Shown piece by piece: positions 12,451 to 28,209 of a stretch of DNA of 64,000 bases; position 1 is the stretch's first letter; every line of letters starts with the position of its first letter. This stretch comes from Anthoceros angustus. Its lineage: Eukaryota > Plantae > Anthocerotophyta. The stretch is taken from the NCBI GenBank assembly GCA_010909165.1, contig MU008155.1, forward strand, positions 930,001-994,000, read 5' to 3'. The notes beneath the pieces were generated by a model. That model was not told where the DNA came from. It did not search any database and saw nothing but the letters and a program-made list of their open reading frames with translations. The translations under genes and the position numbers were made by a program.

Positions 12451-13397
12451 ATGGATATGGAGGATGTGCAGTGCGCTGCAATGTGAAGAAAAGGAGAGGG
12501 CTTGCAATATCAATAGCAATGGTAGAGGACTTCAGGCGGTAAGATTTCCCGGGAGGAAGGGCACGACTAAGGCCACTGAAATGGATTCAAATGGTCAGAT
12601 CCTGGAAACGGGACAAAGTAATTAATGCCCACATATGGGGACTCAGAGTCTTGGCACGGGGCCCATGAAAGCAAAAATAAGCACCTAATCACCTCCATTC
12701 ACCGTGATAATTTGGAGCAACTGGGGTGAGCATAATGACAACAAGATCCAAATTGATTGGTCCATAGATTGGTGTGTGAAGTTCCCATCCCCATTGGGTC
12801 TTTTGAATACTACACCGTGGGGACATAGCTAAATAGACAATCAAATGGTGTTCAAATTTCTGAAAGCACAGAACTGCACTTTGGCAAAGCCATAGATAGG
12901 AAAGTTGTACAGACAGGCATGCACATGTATGTGCAAATACCTCCTGATGTGAAAAGAAACCCTATCTCCTCTAAGCTATCTGGCATCAGGCCTTAAGGCA
13001 TCTTCCACTTGCCCAAACTGAAGCCAAGCATTTCTCAAAACATTATCACTGCGGTACTCAAGAATGTTGTGTGCACAGTAGCAACATCTCCGCATCCACA
13101 TAGAAATAAAATCAAGCCTTACCATCAAAGATCGAAAACACAACCAAAGCATGTACACATGACACGTTCCCACCTTTCTTCCAGCCTAACCCCACTTGCT
13201 TTCCGCCACTATGTCATTGACTTATTGTTGGGCATCAGGAGTAAGCATGTACAGGTCGGCTGATCCATTGTGCCCATGTACTGCCATGGCCAACTTGCAT
13301 GTCTGCACAATTGCAGCTGGCAAAACGCAGTCCTCTAGATCCAACGGCAAACTGTACAACACATCTGACTCAAGCTGCTCCAACAAGTAGTACCGTC

Positions 13398-13934
13398 CGA
13401 CAACGCCAGAGAGCCGGGTGTCCGAGCGAGAGAGTGCGAAAATCGCGAGTTGTTTGAAGAATGACCTCCGCCTCGCTTCTTTGTCGAGAATAACTGGCCG
13501 CAAGGGCGCCGCTGCCCGAATCGGCTGTGAGGCTCGCATGGCTTACTCGCCTTACGCCGCTGCTATTTAGCCTTTACCGCCAGACCCTGAGCGTACCTAC
13601 CTATAACTCGGCAACCCCTACGGCCTGCCGTGATGCCCGCTCACCACTCCGACCGCCCACGTGGCTGTCTGCCTAATCACGCCCAACTTCTAAGTTACTT
13701 TACTTGGCGATTTATCCTGTTCCCGACCCAGGGGTCCGGACTTATCCCGATACTCGTGGTCCGAGGTCCTTGAGTGTGCTCTAGAGTCCTTTCTCCTACC
13801 CCGAGTCCCGGAGTGCAAAATGAGTACAGTCCAGTACGCTTGTTTCTCCCTTTCCGCCTTATTTTACACTCCATACCTACGAAAAAAAAGCAAACCCAGC
13901 TTATTTCCTAACCCCGGGGAGAGTCCATTGTTCA
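13398..13934 (-). mobile_element. Partial third copy of the LTR-like element (terminal ~540 bp)
   Basis: Matches 11544-12157 and ends in the same GAGTCCATTGTTCA terminus. Confidence 0.7.
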
Positions 13935-14960
13935 CAGTACTAATAGCACGTTCTTTGTCATTGCTGGTAGGTGCAGGACGCCATTTAATTGTGAGTAGCT
14001 TTCCGGTTGACAGACGGAGTTGAATCTCTCCAGATCCCTCTACGGGTAGTGCACTATCGTCTCCGCGGAGGACATGGTGATCTATGCTTTCCATACGATG
14101 CAAGTATTTGGCAGCCACTGAAAACACCTCCGATTGTACAATTATAGCCAAGAGAGTGGCACCAAGCTCAGGGGCTAACAATTCCACCTCCTCCGAGTTA
14201 GGTTACTCCATCCACCCAAGGCGCTTAACACATGCCATGGATATGGAGGATGTGCATACGCAATGTGAAGAAAACGAGAGGGCTTGCAATATCAACAGTA
14301 ATGGTGGAGGACTTGGTAAGATTTCCGGGAGGAAGGGGCCACTAAGGCCGAAATGGATTCAAATGGTCGATCTGAAAGCAGGACAAAGTAATTAATGCCC
14401 ATATGGGGACTCAGAGCCTCTTGGCACGGGGCCCATGAAAGCAAAATAATACAATCAGCCCTCCATTCACCGTGATAATTTGGAGCAATATGGGGGTGAG
14501 CATAATGACAACAAGATCCACATGTGATTGGTCCATAGATTGGTGTGTGTGAAGTTCCCATCCCCATTGGGTCTTTTGAATACTACACCGGTGTGGACAT
14601 AGCTAAATAGACAATCAAATGGTGTTCAAATTTAAAGCACGTAATCGCACTTTGGCAAAGCCATAGATAGGAAAGTTGTACAGACATCATGCACATGTAT
14701 GTGCAAATACCTCGATGTGAAAAGAAACCCTATCTCCTCTAAGCTATCGCATCGCCTTAAGGCATCTTCCACTTGCCAAATCAAGCCAAGCATTTCTCAA
14801 AACATTATCACTGTACTCAGACTGAATGTGTGCAACATCTCCGCATCCACATAGAAATAAAATCAAGAAGCCTTACCATCAAGACCGAAAACACAACCAA
14901 AGCATGTACACATGACACGCCCCACCTTTCTTCCAGCCTAACTTGCTTTCCGCCACTATG

Positions 14961-15890
14961 TCATTGACTTATTGTTGGGCATCGAGTAAGCATGTATGGT
15001 CGGTCGATCCAATATGCGTCTGCCATGGCCAACTTGCATGTCTGCACAATTGCAGCTGGCAAAACGCAGTCCTCTAGATCCAACGGCAAGCTGTACAACA
15101 CATCTGACTCAAGCTGCTGCAACAAGTAGTACTGTCCGACAACCACTTCCTTGCCAACCTGGAAGGTTGTTTTACTCCAAGGGCAATACCGAGACTCCAT
15201 CAGCGTGTGCTTGGCCTTAGTCCACTTCAACAAGTAATACTCAACCCCTTCAGCTTCAGGCTCTGCCAAGACAAGGAAATTGTCGCCAACTAGAAATCGC
15301 CATCTCGAGACATCAACAACATCCTCATCCTCGGCCCTCACTGAACAAGTGGAAGGAGGGTTTAGAAAGTGTGAGCAATGGAATAGGCTGGTTTGTTGCT
15401 TGTCGAGTCAATCCGAACCTTTGTCCATGCGGTTTGATCTTAAAAGTTCTCCAAGACCCAAAGATGAGGCACCACTGTTGCGCATGTTCTCCATACAATC
15501 AGGCAAAAGGGCAAGGGCTCCGCATTCGCGTGTGGTCATTCATTACCATACATGCATCTGCTTAGATCCTGGGATGGAATCACACCCAAACTAGTTTTTG
15601 CGGTTAACCTCTGTTCTTCCAATGAGCCAGAAACTTCTGTGAACCCCATGCTCCGTACTTGCATAAGAGGAGGCTGCGCCACCAGATATGTTTTGTTGCA
15701 AGTACTCCACCACATCTGCTGCATTTTGCATCCGGCCAGCTGTAGGGGACGACTCTGTAGCCCGAAGGGCATGCTTCAAAATGGCACTAGCACCATCGTG
15801 CTCTCCCTTCCCATGGCCACTCCCAAAATAAGGCCAAAGCATGTTACACCCACCTGTGATGCTAGGAACAACGTCTCTCAGCATAGGGGT
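14961..15890 (-). mobile_element. DDE-like transposase remnant with a YFGSGHGKGEHDG motif
   Basis: ORF 15591-15884 reads YFGSGHGKGEHDGASAILKHALR; downstream GSKQMH and a C-terminal EYYLLK...VVVGQYY region. The HGKGxxDG motif is typical of a poorly classified eukaryotic transposase-like family. 5' end missing. Confidence 0.55.
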
Positions 15891-16384
15891 TATTCTCCAT
15901 TAAAGGGGTTTGGGTCCCTAAAGACCAAAAAATGACCCTCGAAAATGGGCCAAAATGCATTATCTTTAGCAAAACCACTCTTTAGACATGTACTGAAAGA
16001 CATTGACCATGTTATTTTCTCATGAATACTTACGGTTTAAGCGAAGAAGGTTCATGGATTTCACCTTCACAAGGATTTCAAGGATTTTTAATGCTAGGAA
16101 TCCTAAACACCTCTTTCGTGACGATAGTACTTCCTAGCGGAGATGGGAGCAAGCGTGAGATTACCGCAAGATAAAAATAATGTAGCAACGACGGAAAGGT
16201 TCAGATGCTTCATCTCTCGTGACGTGACTAGGTTTTCGATGTGCGTGCTAACTCTTCTCATGGCCTAGGGAACACAATGTGGAGCGAGCGAGACTCATCA
16301 TCGAATAGGCAAAATTGTTTCGCCGTCTGCCTTTGCCTGGCGCAGGGAAGGGCCACCCATGTCAATTGCCTTGAGTGCGCAGCC

Positions 16385-16645
16385 TCAGCTGCATTGCCCG
16401 GGGAACTCTTTAGTGGTGCCCTTGGGCCTCCCTACTCCCCGCTTAGCACCTTTTGCAGCAATCGGTGTTGAAGCTCCAAGAGTGGTAGTTGTCCTAGTGG
16501 CAAACCGGCCCTTGGAATCTCGCTGCAGGTGGCGCTTAGGACTAGGCTCATAGTCGGTCGAGGAAGCCATGGTGGTGAGAAGAAAAGCGATCCTGTTGCG
16601 AGCTCGGGGAGTGAGAGTGAAATGAAAACGCCATGGCACGCACAC
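16385..16645 (-). other. Short AT-hook-containing ORF fragment, probably TE-associated
   Basis: MASSTDYEPSPKRH...KRGVGRPKG (GRP AT-hook core). Lies upstream of the transposase remnant on the same strand. Confidence 0.35.
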
Positions 16646-17165
16646 CTCATCTCCGCCTTCACACTAGCACATAGCATCTTGTTCAGATTTGACAGGAATG
16701 CGAGCGAATCGAGCTACAGGAGATGATGGCTATGGAGCTTGAAAGTGAAGACACACAAATCGTCTCACGGATATCCTCCACAGATCAAGATCGTACAAGA
16801 AATCATTACCAACAAGTGGGAGTAAAGGAATATGTGTGTTGGGTAGATGATTAGAGTTTAGTAGTTTAGTTAAGTTAAAATATTTAGTAACATGCCTTTT
16901 CATTAGGCTTGATTAGGATTAGGTCATGTTTCATAAGTGACTTAAGTTGTTTTTCATAGCATGCATAGTTTAATGTATGTTCAATTGATTGTAATTATTG
17001 TTTAATTGATTTGTATCTACCTAAATTCATTAGTAAATTGCTCATTGAGTCTAAATTTCTAATTGAAGTGCACATCCAAAATCCTATGGCGGCAAATGCC
17101 CTTGTGCTACAAGCACCAAAGCCTATTGCCCTTGTCACCACAGGACATGCTTGATGAGACTTGTG

Positions 17166-17700
17166 TCAAGGCCACAAGCGCCCCACATTAGATCTGTATG
17201 GATGATTTGGAAAGTTCTTATGTCGATAGTCAACATGCTTTTCCCTTAACACCAAAAACGTGGCCCTAGGTTGCCCGACAAAATCGACCAGATGAGCAAT
17301 CAAGGAGGAAGCGATCAGCAGAGAAGTGACAAGTTCTCCTAAGTTACTCATGATGTCCCTTATAGTTGGGACGCCCTTGCTCTTGTTCAAGTCTTGTTTC
17401 TCTTCCTTGTTCATGAAGAGCATGTTGATTGAGATAGACAGTCTTTAGTTCCAAAGCCTTTGCTACCTTCATGCCGTAATCGATGTCAAGCTCTCCCTTT
17501 CATACGGCCATCATGCACTGCTAGACCTGTTTAAAGCGTGGAAACCAAGACATTGAGCAACAAACAATCCCAAGTGAGCAAGATTTTCAATCCATATCCG
17601 TTAGCCACACTTGAACACACAGTGGGACAACATGAACATACTGTACACTCCATGGAAATTGTGGACACAATAAGGATCCAACAAATGCCCTGAACAGAGC
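17166..17700 (-). mobile_element. Possible hAT transposase (DUF659-type) remnant
   Basis: Allowing small indels, QFPW...PCxxHCVQVWLTDM resembles PCAAHCLDLMLEDI, and GQPRATFLVL resembles TRFATxFL. Highly degenerate. Confidence 0.35.
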
Positions 17701-18151
17701 ACGAAGCTCATTTATTCAAGTCTTGGAGCCCTGGAGAGCACATCCTCGCAACGACACAAATCAGCACAACACTGAATGGTCGTAAGATTGTTAGAAGGAT
17801 GGGCTTACCATAAGCATTAATGCCGGCAGACAGCTAGACAGGCTAGTTCAAGAATCTTCTTGAAGACTCTTGGAGGACGGTCTTTCCTGTGTACCATTAG
17901 GCTAGACAAGACCTTTCACAATTCAAAGCAAAATAAATCATTAACTTCTAACAATCTAAGTCCTCCGAAATGGGTTGGAAAGTACTTGCACCAGTGCAAA
18001 GACCGGGAGCAATATCGGAGGTTCTCGGATCCTCACATACCCCAATGACAACCTGGGTCCTTTCAAAGTACCCGTGCACAACGCAAGCAGAGCGGGAGCA
18101 AAATGGAAGCTTCTCTTACCTGCTCATGCACCCCAATGCCGAGAAACTGAA

Positions 18152-18700
18152 CTTAGTAGGGCTTCTCTCAATGTAGTTCCCTGGTGGGTTGTAGCTGCAG
18201 ATGATGAAGATGGAAGAATCTTTATTGATTGTTGCACATCCCAGATGGGTTGTCGATTTCCACACAACGCATGAGCTGCCAGTCCAACAATAGTTAAACC
18301 AACCCGGAATGTGGAGGAGAATCCAAGCAGGCTCTGAGCTCGTTCCAAGCGACGCAGTCGGAATAAAAGGATGAGAGGTGCACCAAGCAAGCACTTGGGT
18401 GTAACGTCCACACATCCGGCCTGAGGCGCATTAGTGGCGTAGTTTTAGTACTTCTCCTCACTGGTCCACGCGTGACCGACTGCATCACCTGCGGTGGAGC
18501 GCCATAGCCCCAGAACAAATTCTCCTGACCGGCCGTGGAGTGCACCAGATTGCAGTTGTCTGTGTCCACCGGGTGGTTTCCCCACCAAGGCGGCGCTAGG
18601 ATCGCTGAGAACATGCCCGGAATGGGAGAGTCTCTTGGATCTTGGGCGACTGGGCACGAGGAGCGCAAGGCCTGAACGGAGAATCTCTAGGTGATTGCGA
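18152..18700 (-). pseudogene. PR-1 / CAP-domain gene with one intron; frameshifted or noisy, and 5' end unclear
   Basis: NCNLVHS..GQENLFWG, AVGHAWTSEEKY and CGRYTQ, then an intron (~18390-18275), then VVWKSTTHLGCA...FIICSYNPPGNY. Signal peptide not found. Confidence 0.75.
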
Positions 18701-19085
18701 ACTTGTGAACGTGGCTGTCCGCGCGTGTTCAAACCGACGTGTTCTTGACTAGACTTTGGACTCTAATTAATTAATCTTAAGTTAGTCTCTCAAGCTAACC
18801 TACCTCCTAGCTAGCTACCCTCATGCTTACGCCAATGTTCTACACCACCCGGCCCGCCAAGGGATCGCTTAGCTCAGTGCTATCTCCATCGTAGACTCGT
18901 GATTAACTTTGTCCTTCACGGCTAAACCTTTCTCAATCCTGTGATAAGTTAGACGGAACAATATCATGGAAGTTTATGATTGTCATATATTTTGCTTCAG
19001 AGTTCACATTTACATATGCGCAATCTGTCATTTTACCAACTACATACTATACGGGACTAAGTTCAATGCTAGCTCATTGGAAAGG

Positions 19086-21086
19086 TTAAGGCGAAATTGG
19101 CGGCCCTTCACCAGGACCTCCATAAGTCACCCATGTTTCACCACCATTTGCATCATCTCCATTTTCGTACCCAACATCGTAAATGACAGGATCTTGTGCC
19201 TCACCCTCGTTTGGCCCGTCTACAAGGACGCGATTTATAATACCGTTAAAAGTTCCACCTTCATAAAGCACACATATCTCTCTGTGATATGCTCCCTCAA
19301 AATTTTGAATCCTTGAGCCGAATTCCCCACTTCCCATTGGCATTGATATATCTTGTTGACCCTCTCTGGTCCGGACAACTTCACCTCCGAACGACAAGAA
19401 ATTACTAGATTCTGACAATCCACCATCTCTAAATATATCTTTTGGCCAATATCCAACTGTTTGGCTATTTACATCTAATATCCAATCTCCGTCTTTATCC
19501 ACTTCAATAGAAACTCTAAAACCTACATCACCATCAGTATCTTGTGTTTGAAAAGGATAACCAGGTATCATTGGGCTTTCACCCACAAAAATAAACCCTG
19601 AGCATTCTAAATTATAGCATCCATCCTCATAGGAGTCCGTCTGTCATCAACACGTTTCAAAACATAAAACACAAAACTTACAATTCAAAGTACAAGATTG
19701 TAATTTCAATAAAGGAGGTATAGAAAATTTAAATCACCGTCCAAAATATAAAAAATGTGGTCGATCTTCATTTACCATCGCATTTATATGGATACACCTA
19801 GAATACCACAACTTAAAATTTACAAATGCACTGACTATAGATCTCGAAATGAAAGCAAGATAAAATTACATCACTTACGTGCCATCCAACTTCCATTGAT
19901 TGATGAATGCTTCCATAATTTTGCACCCATATTTGTCCATTTGAGAAATCATTTTCATCATATGATCTTACAGCTGGTGGTTGATAAACATTCATTGTTG
20001 TAGCTATTCCGTAGGCTTGTGAGAAGCCGTCATCAAACGATCTCAAATCCATTAACCTAGCTGCATGCTGCCCAAAGTCAAAAGGTACAAGGTAGTCAAT
20101 TGTATATTTATTTCTAAAAGATCAACATTAGTCCACAATAATATGTATATCCATACATGGATCTATGTGTGCAAATGTATTCAATATTTCTACCATCTCG
20201 AACGATTGAAAGTTAAAAGACAACATGACATATATGTTTGTACGCAAACACTCAACTAGAAAACTTACCCAACGATCGGCGGAGGTCGGTCATCAATGTT
20301 TTTAGAACTCGACGACCATTGCTAAAATAGGTAGACCTCCGCTTAAGAGATCGCTCTCGCTCCAAATCAATTCTCGGATGTATCACTCGAGCTATAGAAC
20401 ACATCCTGGAGGACAACGTCCAACCTCTTTTTGAAACACAGTAGATATAGTCATGTTTGGTTGCTTATTTTCAAAGCCTTTAGAAAGCAATGAAGTACTT
20501 TTCTTAAGTCCATTCTTCTGTATGTAGCATCACAATGAAAACATTAGAACATCAGTTTAAGACATATCCAATCTCCTTTACAGAGCATTCTCCTTCACAA
20601 AGCATTATAGTGGCATTGGAAATATGAGACATGGTTTAAGACATCTACATGCATCAAGGTCATCAATCCAAACATTGAATAAAAACTGGTGTAAATGAAT
20701 TTTTAACCTTATAATGTTCCCTCATTATAGGATCTTGGAAACTGAGTTGATCTTCAAATTTTACACAATCAATGCTTGTCGAAAGTCATAAAAATTATTG
20801 TCAAAAAGGAAAAATGAAGACGTTATGAACTCTTATCAATAATTACCATTACCCTTATTACATTCTTAAAACAATATAAAACAAGAGCAAAACCAACATG
20901 TACATATTGTATAAGACTTCACAAATGGTCGATTGATAACATGCATAGCCTTGGGAATATTCTCGACGATAAAACCTCGCTTTGATGAACTTTAATTCGT
21001 TGTCATGATGATCATTGAAAAACAAAATCAATGATAATACGTCAATATGATAAAGGAAGGAAGATCGAGCCCACCCATAATGCCAT
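19086..21086 (-). CDS. Neprosin-domain protein (activation peptide plus catalytic domain), multi-exon, AT-rich
   Basis: INRPFVKS, IDCVKFEDQLSFQDP and GRCPPG (pro-peptide); GQIWV...MEVGWHV and WILDVNSQTVGYWPKDIF...FGGEV...MGSG (catalytic domain). The start at 21086 is tentative. Confidence 0.8.
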
Positions 21087-22649
21087 GATGAACTAGTAAA
21101 TTCTATAACAAGTATTAAAACTCACACCCCTCTATCTACAAATGAACTACACATCTATGTACATATATAGAGAAAACCACCGAGAATATCATAGATTCAA
21201 CTCGAGAACTATCCGGGGGTCAATTCTTCTAAAAATTATTGGTTGGGGCAATGCCCACAAACCTCTTTAACAAGGAACAGGAAGCTCTTGCCGATGCAAA
21301 AGCTAGTAGGCATCAAAGCTATCATGAGATTTTTCTTGTAACATAGAATGGAGAACGCACCCATGTATGTGGGGCTTGGTCGCATTCTCGAGACAGACGA
21401 GCTCTCTTGTCTCATTCTAGCTCGCCCATCACAAAGACGCAATCCAGCGATTTTGTGTGTGCTCACATGGGTGCATATGTTAAGAATGGAGGACGCCTGT
21501 ACTCACTTACTTGGAGGGTTAATGTTTAATTTATAGTCATCTATTGAATAGTCACATCGTTTGGGTTATGGTCACTTGAACATACTATGTACACAACTTT
21601 TTATTATTATTGACACATACAATTTTGGTGACATCCTTTGCTCTCACGATATTCTCATGGTATTAGAGCATGGTCTGCTCTTCTTTTAATTTGTGGCACA
21701 ATGCCGAGACGGGGTGGCTACCATAGAGGACATCGTCAAGGATCGATTGGTGATAGAAGGTGCCGATCAGGACGGCCGCGAGCTCGTCCTTATGCGGGCC
21801 TTCATGTTGACACAATCCTAGACCTCTACGAGGCTAACTACCCCGAATTGGCACTTCATCACTTTGCTAAAAGGCACTGAGTTACCGGTCGCATGGGTAC
21901 AAAGGCAACGACCCTCAATCTCCAAACCGCCTATTTTGGGCTTGTTGCATTGCGTAAACTAGAATCGATCTCGATTCTAGCCTCCACCTGTTAATCAAGC
22001 TGTGAAGTCGATTTTCAGTGCCTGTCCCAGACGAGGCACCATCTCCACCCCTACATCGGCCACAATTTGTCTCAAATCTGCTTTGAGCAGCAAGCATCAA
22101 GACAAATCGACTAATGTAGAAAAGAGAATTCAACGCACCTTGTCTACCAGGAAATGTTAAGAAAGAGAATTCGTGAGCATGATGCTTGCTCCAAATCAAC
22201 CATTCTCATAGGAACTTCTCAAGTTAGCAGTATTGCTCAAATTGCAGGATTCCTATCTAAAGTAGCTTGGAGCGAGATTGTGCAAGGATCCCTCACCTCC
22301 ATTCAGGGGCTGCCGGAGCTTTTGAGAATGTAGTCAGGTTGCCTAGGTTCTCCTGCAAATTTCTTCCAAGATACCAAGACACTATGAACACGAATTTCGT
22401 TTTCATAGTGTCTTAGTATCTTGCACCAATTGTAGGGTCCTTTTGTCATTCTTCTGTCGAACTGCCTGGGACCGAAGGGGAACTAACGGTTGCTATGGTG
22501 AAATGGAGGTTGCCCTTGCAAGGCCAACATGCATCTAGATCATGGATGTAGATGACGGAGTTCTCCTAAACGAGAAACCTCTGCGTCCGCCTCCTCTTCT
22601 CCCGGCTTGACCTAGAGTTGTGAAGAGTGCATGGTTGGTTCCTGTGCTG

Positions 22650-23305
22650 GACTTCATGCTACCTGCTCGGCTTGACTCTTCTTCCACTAGTGCGCAGACC
22701 ACCTCTGCCAGCTGGTGTTGTACATGCTGATGCAGATTGGATGGCCTGTCGTAGCATTGAGTTTTGTGAGCTGACGAACTTCTTGTAAGATGAAGGCAAA
22801 GAGGTCAGTAAAGCCACAACTGCTTGGAGCTTGGTGATGCTCGTCCCGCTTGAGGCAAGCCTGGCCTATGAGGACCTAAAATTGTTGATGTGCTATTCGA
22901 CACTCTCGTTGTCCTTCATCTTCAGCAAATAGAACTGCCTACTTGCGTTGATTAATGACGTGGAACTTTGTGCTTGGAACATGTCCTTGTAGACCTTCCA
23001 CATACCGTAAGCGGTCATTTGACCTTGGATATATTGGAGCATGGTCTTATTAATGGCTGATATTAATATACTACGTGCTCTCTTATCTTTCTTAGATCAG
23101 GCTGCTATCTTATCAGGGGTAGCAGGTGGTGTACATGTGGTCATGATTGGGGTAGGCTGCCATTAGTGATTGACATTAAATCATGCTCTTCCAAGAGTGC
23201 GGTGACTCGCATATCCCAGATGTCGAAGTCGCTTCCTGTGAAGCAATCTCTATCACAAAATTCTACTTTCGTGGTGTTAATGAAAGTGGAAGTGGATTCG
23301 ACATG
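22650..23305 (-). mobile_element. Ty1/Copia gag remnant (Retrotran_gag_2-like)
   Basis: FTGSDFDIWDMRVTALLEEHDL...TAYGMWKV...FYLLKMKDNESV..HINNF...VVALLTSLPSSY, with stops. Confidence 0.8.
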
Positions 23306-23960
23306 ATGGATTTTATGAGGTGCAGTAGAGAGCGGGTCGAAAGCTAGGACCTGTAGTGGGCGATGTCTTGGCCTGCACTCGCTTGAGGTGCCTGCAGCAA
23401 TGACTTGCAGCTAGGCAGGCCATGAGTCGCAGCAAGGCAGGCCATGATTTCATAATGGGCAAGCCATGAGCTCATGCTAGGCAAGCTATGAGTTTAGCCT
23501 AGGTTGAATGATGAATGAAACTAGGAATTGATTGGAAAACTTAGGCTTGTTCAAGAAACTAGGGCTTGTAGGACAAACAAGAGCTTGTTTAGGAAACTGG
23601 GGCTTGTATGGAAAACTAAGGTTTGTTTGGGAGGTCTATACTTAATTCTAGGTAGCTATATATTTTAATAAATATTGAAATTTGATAACATTATTTTTAA
23701 AAATATGAATATCAATAATTAACTTATTTTCTCAAAAATAATCATTTCAAGAACAATACTAGTACAATAAGGTAAAAAGGTGAAAAAGTTAAAAGAGATA
23801 AAGAGCCAATTAGTACCTGCCCTAATAACAAGATGCATGTGTTTGCATGCTTCATGCAATCTCCTATTAGAGAGGAATTGCCGTAGCCACTAATGAAGAG
23901 CTGCCTAGAGAGAACTCTTAGTGATAGCTGCAAGAATCCTCGAAGTAAAAAACTGCTTTG

Positions 23961-24300
23961 CTTAGTTGAGGCGAGTTTGCGGGATATATAAGGGCTAGAG
24001 GAAGGGCTTAGAATGATCATAGAGTTAAAGCTTCTTAGTTGAAGCAAGTTTGCCGGATATATAAGGGCTAGAGGAAGGGCTTAGAATGATTAGGGTATTA
24101 AAAGCTGCATAGTTGAGGTAAGTTTGCGGGATATATAAGGGCTAGAGGAAGGGCTTAGAATGATCAGGGAGCTAAAAGCTGCTTAGTTGAGGCGAGCTTG
24201 CGAGATATATAAGGGCTAGAGCAAGGGCTTAGAATGGCTTAGTTGAGGCGAGCTTGCGAGATATATAAGGGCTAGAGCAAGGGCTTAGAATGATCAGGCA
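23961..24300 (+). repeat. Five tandem ~56-74 bp units, each with GATATATAAGGGCTAGAG
   Basis: Units start near 23961, 24034, 24108, 24182 and 24238. The core is near-identical. Confidence 0.9.
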
Positions 24301-24559
24301 GTCTATTGTATGTTGCAAGGCTTTTGTTGAAAGAGATGTATAGAGCCTAGCTAGTGAACTTGTCGTTGAGTCAAAGGCCAGTTGGGCGTAGATAGCCAGA
24401 GTCCAGTGTGTATTTTGTGAATAAAGAGCAGCACCTTGACGACGTGGCTTGCAAGTCGTCAGTTGATGGCTAGTCGTGAGATTGAGTTTTGACGATGGGC
24501 TACTTGGAGCGAAGTGTGGAGTCATGAGATTGAGAGCATTGAGATTATTGATGGCGGGC

Positions 24560-25030
24560 GACTTCGAGTGTAGTGTTGTGTTGTGAGGCGGGCTACTTCG
24601 GGTGTAGTGTTGCGTTGTGAGCCAAGACTGTGTTTGTTTCTCTAGCCTAAGTGTAGTGTTGCGTTGTGAGCTGCGTTGTGAGCGAAGACTGTGTTTGTTT
24701 CTCTAGCCTAAGTGTAGTGTTGCGTTGTGAGCTGAGACTGTGTTAGCTTCTCTTCTGGAGTGGATTGACGAGGTCCTAGACCGCTGCGAAGCCAATACTT
24801 GTGTATTTGTTTCTTTTCTAGAGTGGATTGGTGAGGTCCTAGACCCTTGGGAAGGCAACACTAGTGTGATTGTGTCTCCTATGGACTGGAATGGCGAGGT
24901 CCTAGACTCCTGCAAACCCAGCACTTGTCACTAATGTTGCGTCAGGGTGAGATTGAGAGCATCGAGAGTATGTTTGTTTCACTTCTAGAATGCATTGGCA
25001 AGATCCTAGACCGCAGGGAAGCTAGCACTT
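24560..25030 (+). repeat. Two short tandem families: GTGTAGTGTTGCGTTGTGAG (x4) and ~60 bp units around GAGGTCCTAGAC (x4)
   Basis: Read directly at 24560-24735 and 24757-25030. Confidence 0.8.
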
Positions 25031-25383
25031 GTCACTTTTTTACTATGCAGCTAGTAAGGGGCGTTATTATTTCAGCATTTTTCTGCTGAATCATCCCTTA
25101 GAGTACCGTGATAATTCTAAAGTTACGAATTTTTGTCAATCAGACTGCTCATGAAGAGGAATAAATTCGAAGTAATAGGTAGATTTCAAAAACCTCTCAA
25201 AACTACCCCGTCCTTCTGGGAATAAGTAATAATCAACGAGATGGTAGATTGAACGGTCGTCCCCTCTAATGCACTTTTGAAAACTCACACATTTGCCAGC
25301 TTCCGCTATTCATCTCCAGTTTTATCTTGAATCTACCATCTCTACACTTTTTTTCAAAATTGGCTGGATATCATCTACATCCA

Positions 25384-28209
<2,826 letters not shown>

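Larger units (their letters stand above)
11544..15143. repeat. Tandem duplication of a ~1.8 kb unit (11544-13397 and 13398-15143)
   Basis: Both units contain the LTR end, a Copia fragment and the transposase C-terminus. The junction at ~13398 shares GACAAC with both parents (11544 and 15138). Confidence 0.85.
23879..25074 (+). mobile_element. Solo-LTR-like unit with repeated U3 and U5 modules
   Basis: Starts TGCCGTAGCC, then five TATA modules, AATAAA near 24420 and further short tandem repeats, and ends ...TTTCA. No matching TSD. Confidence 0.4.
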
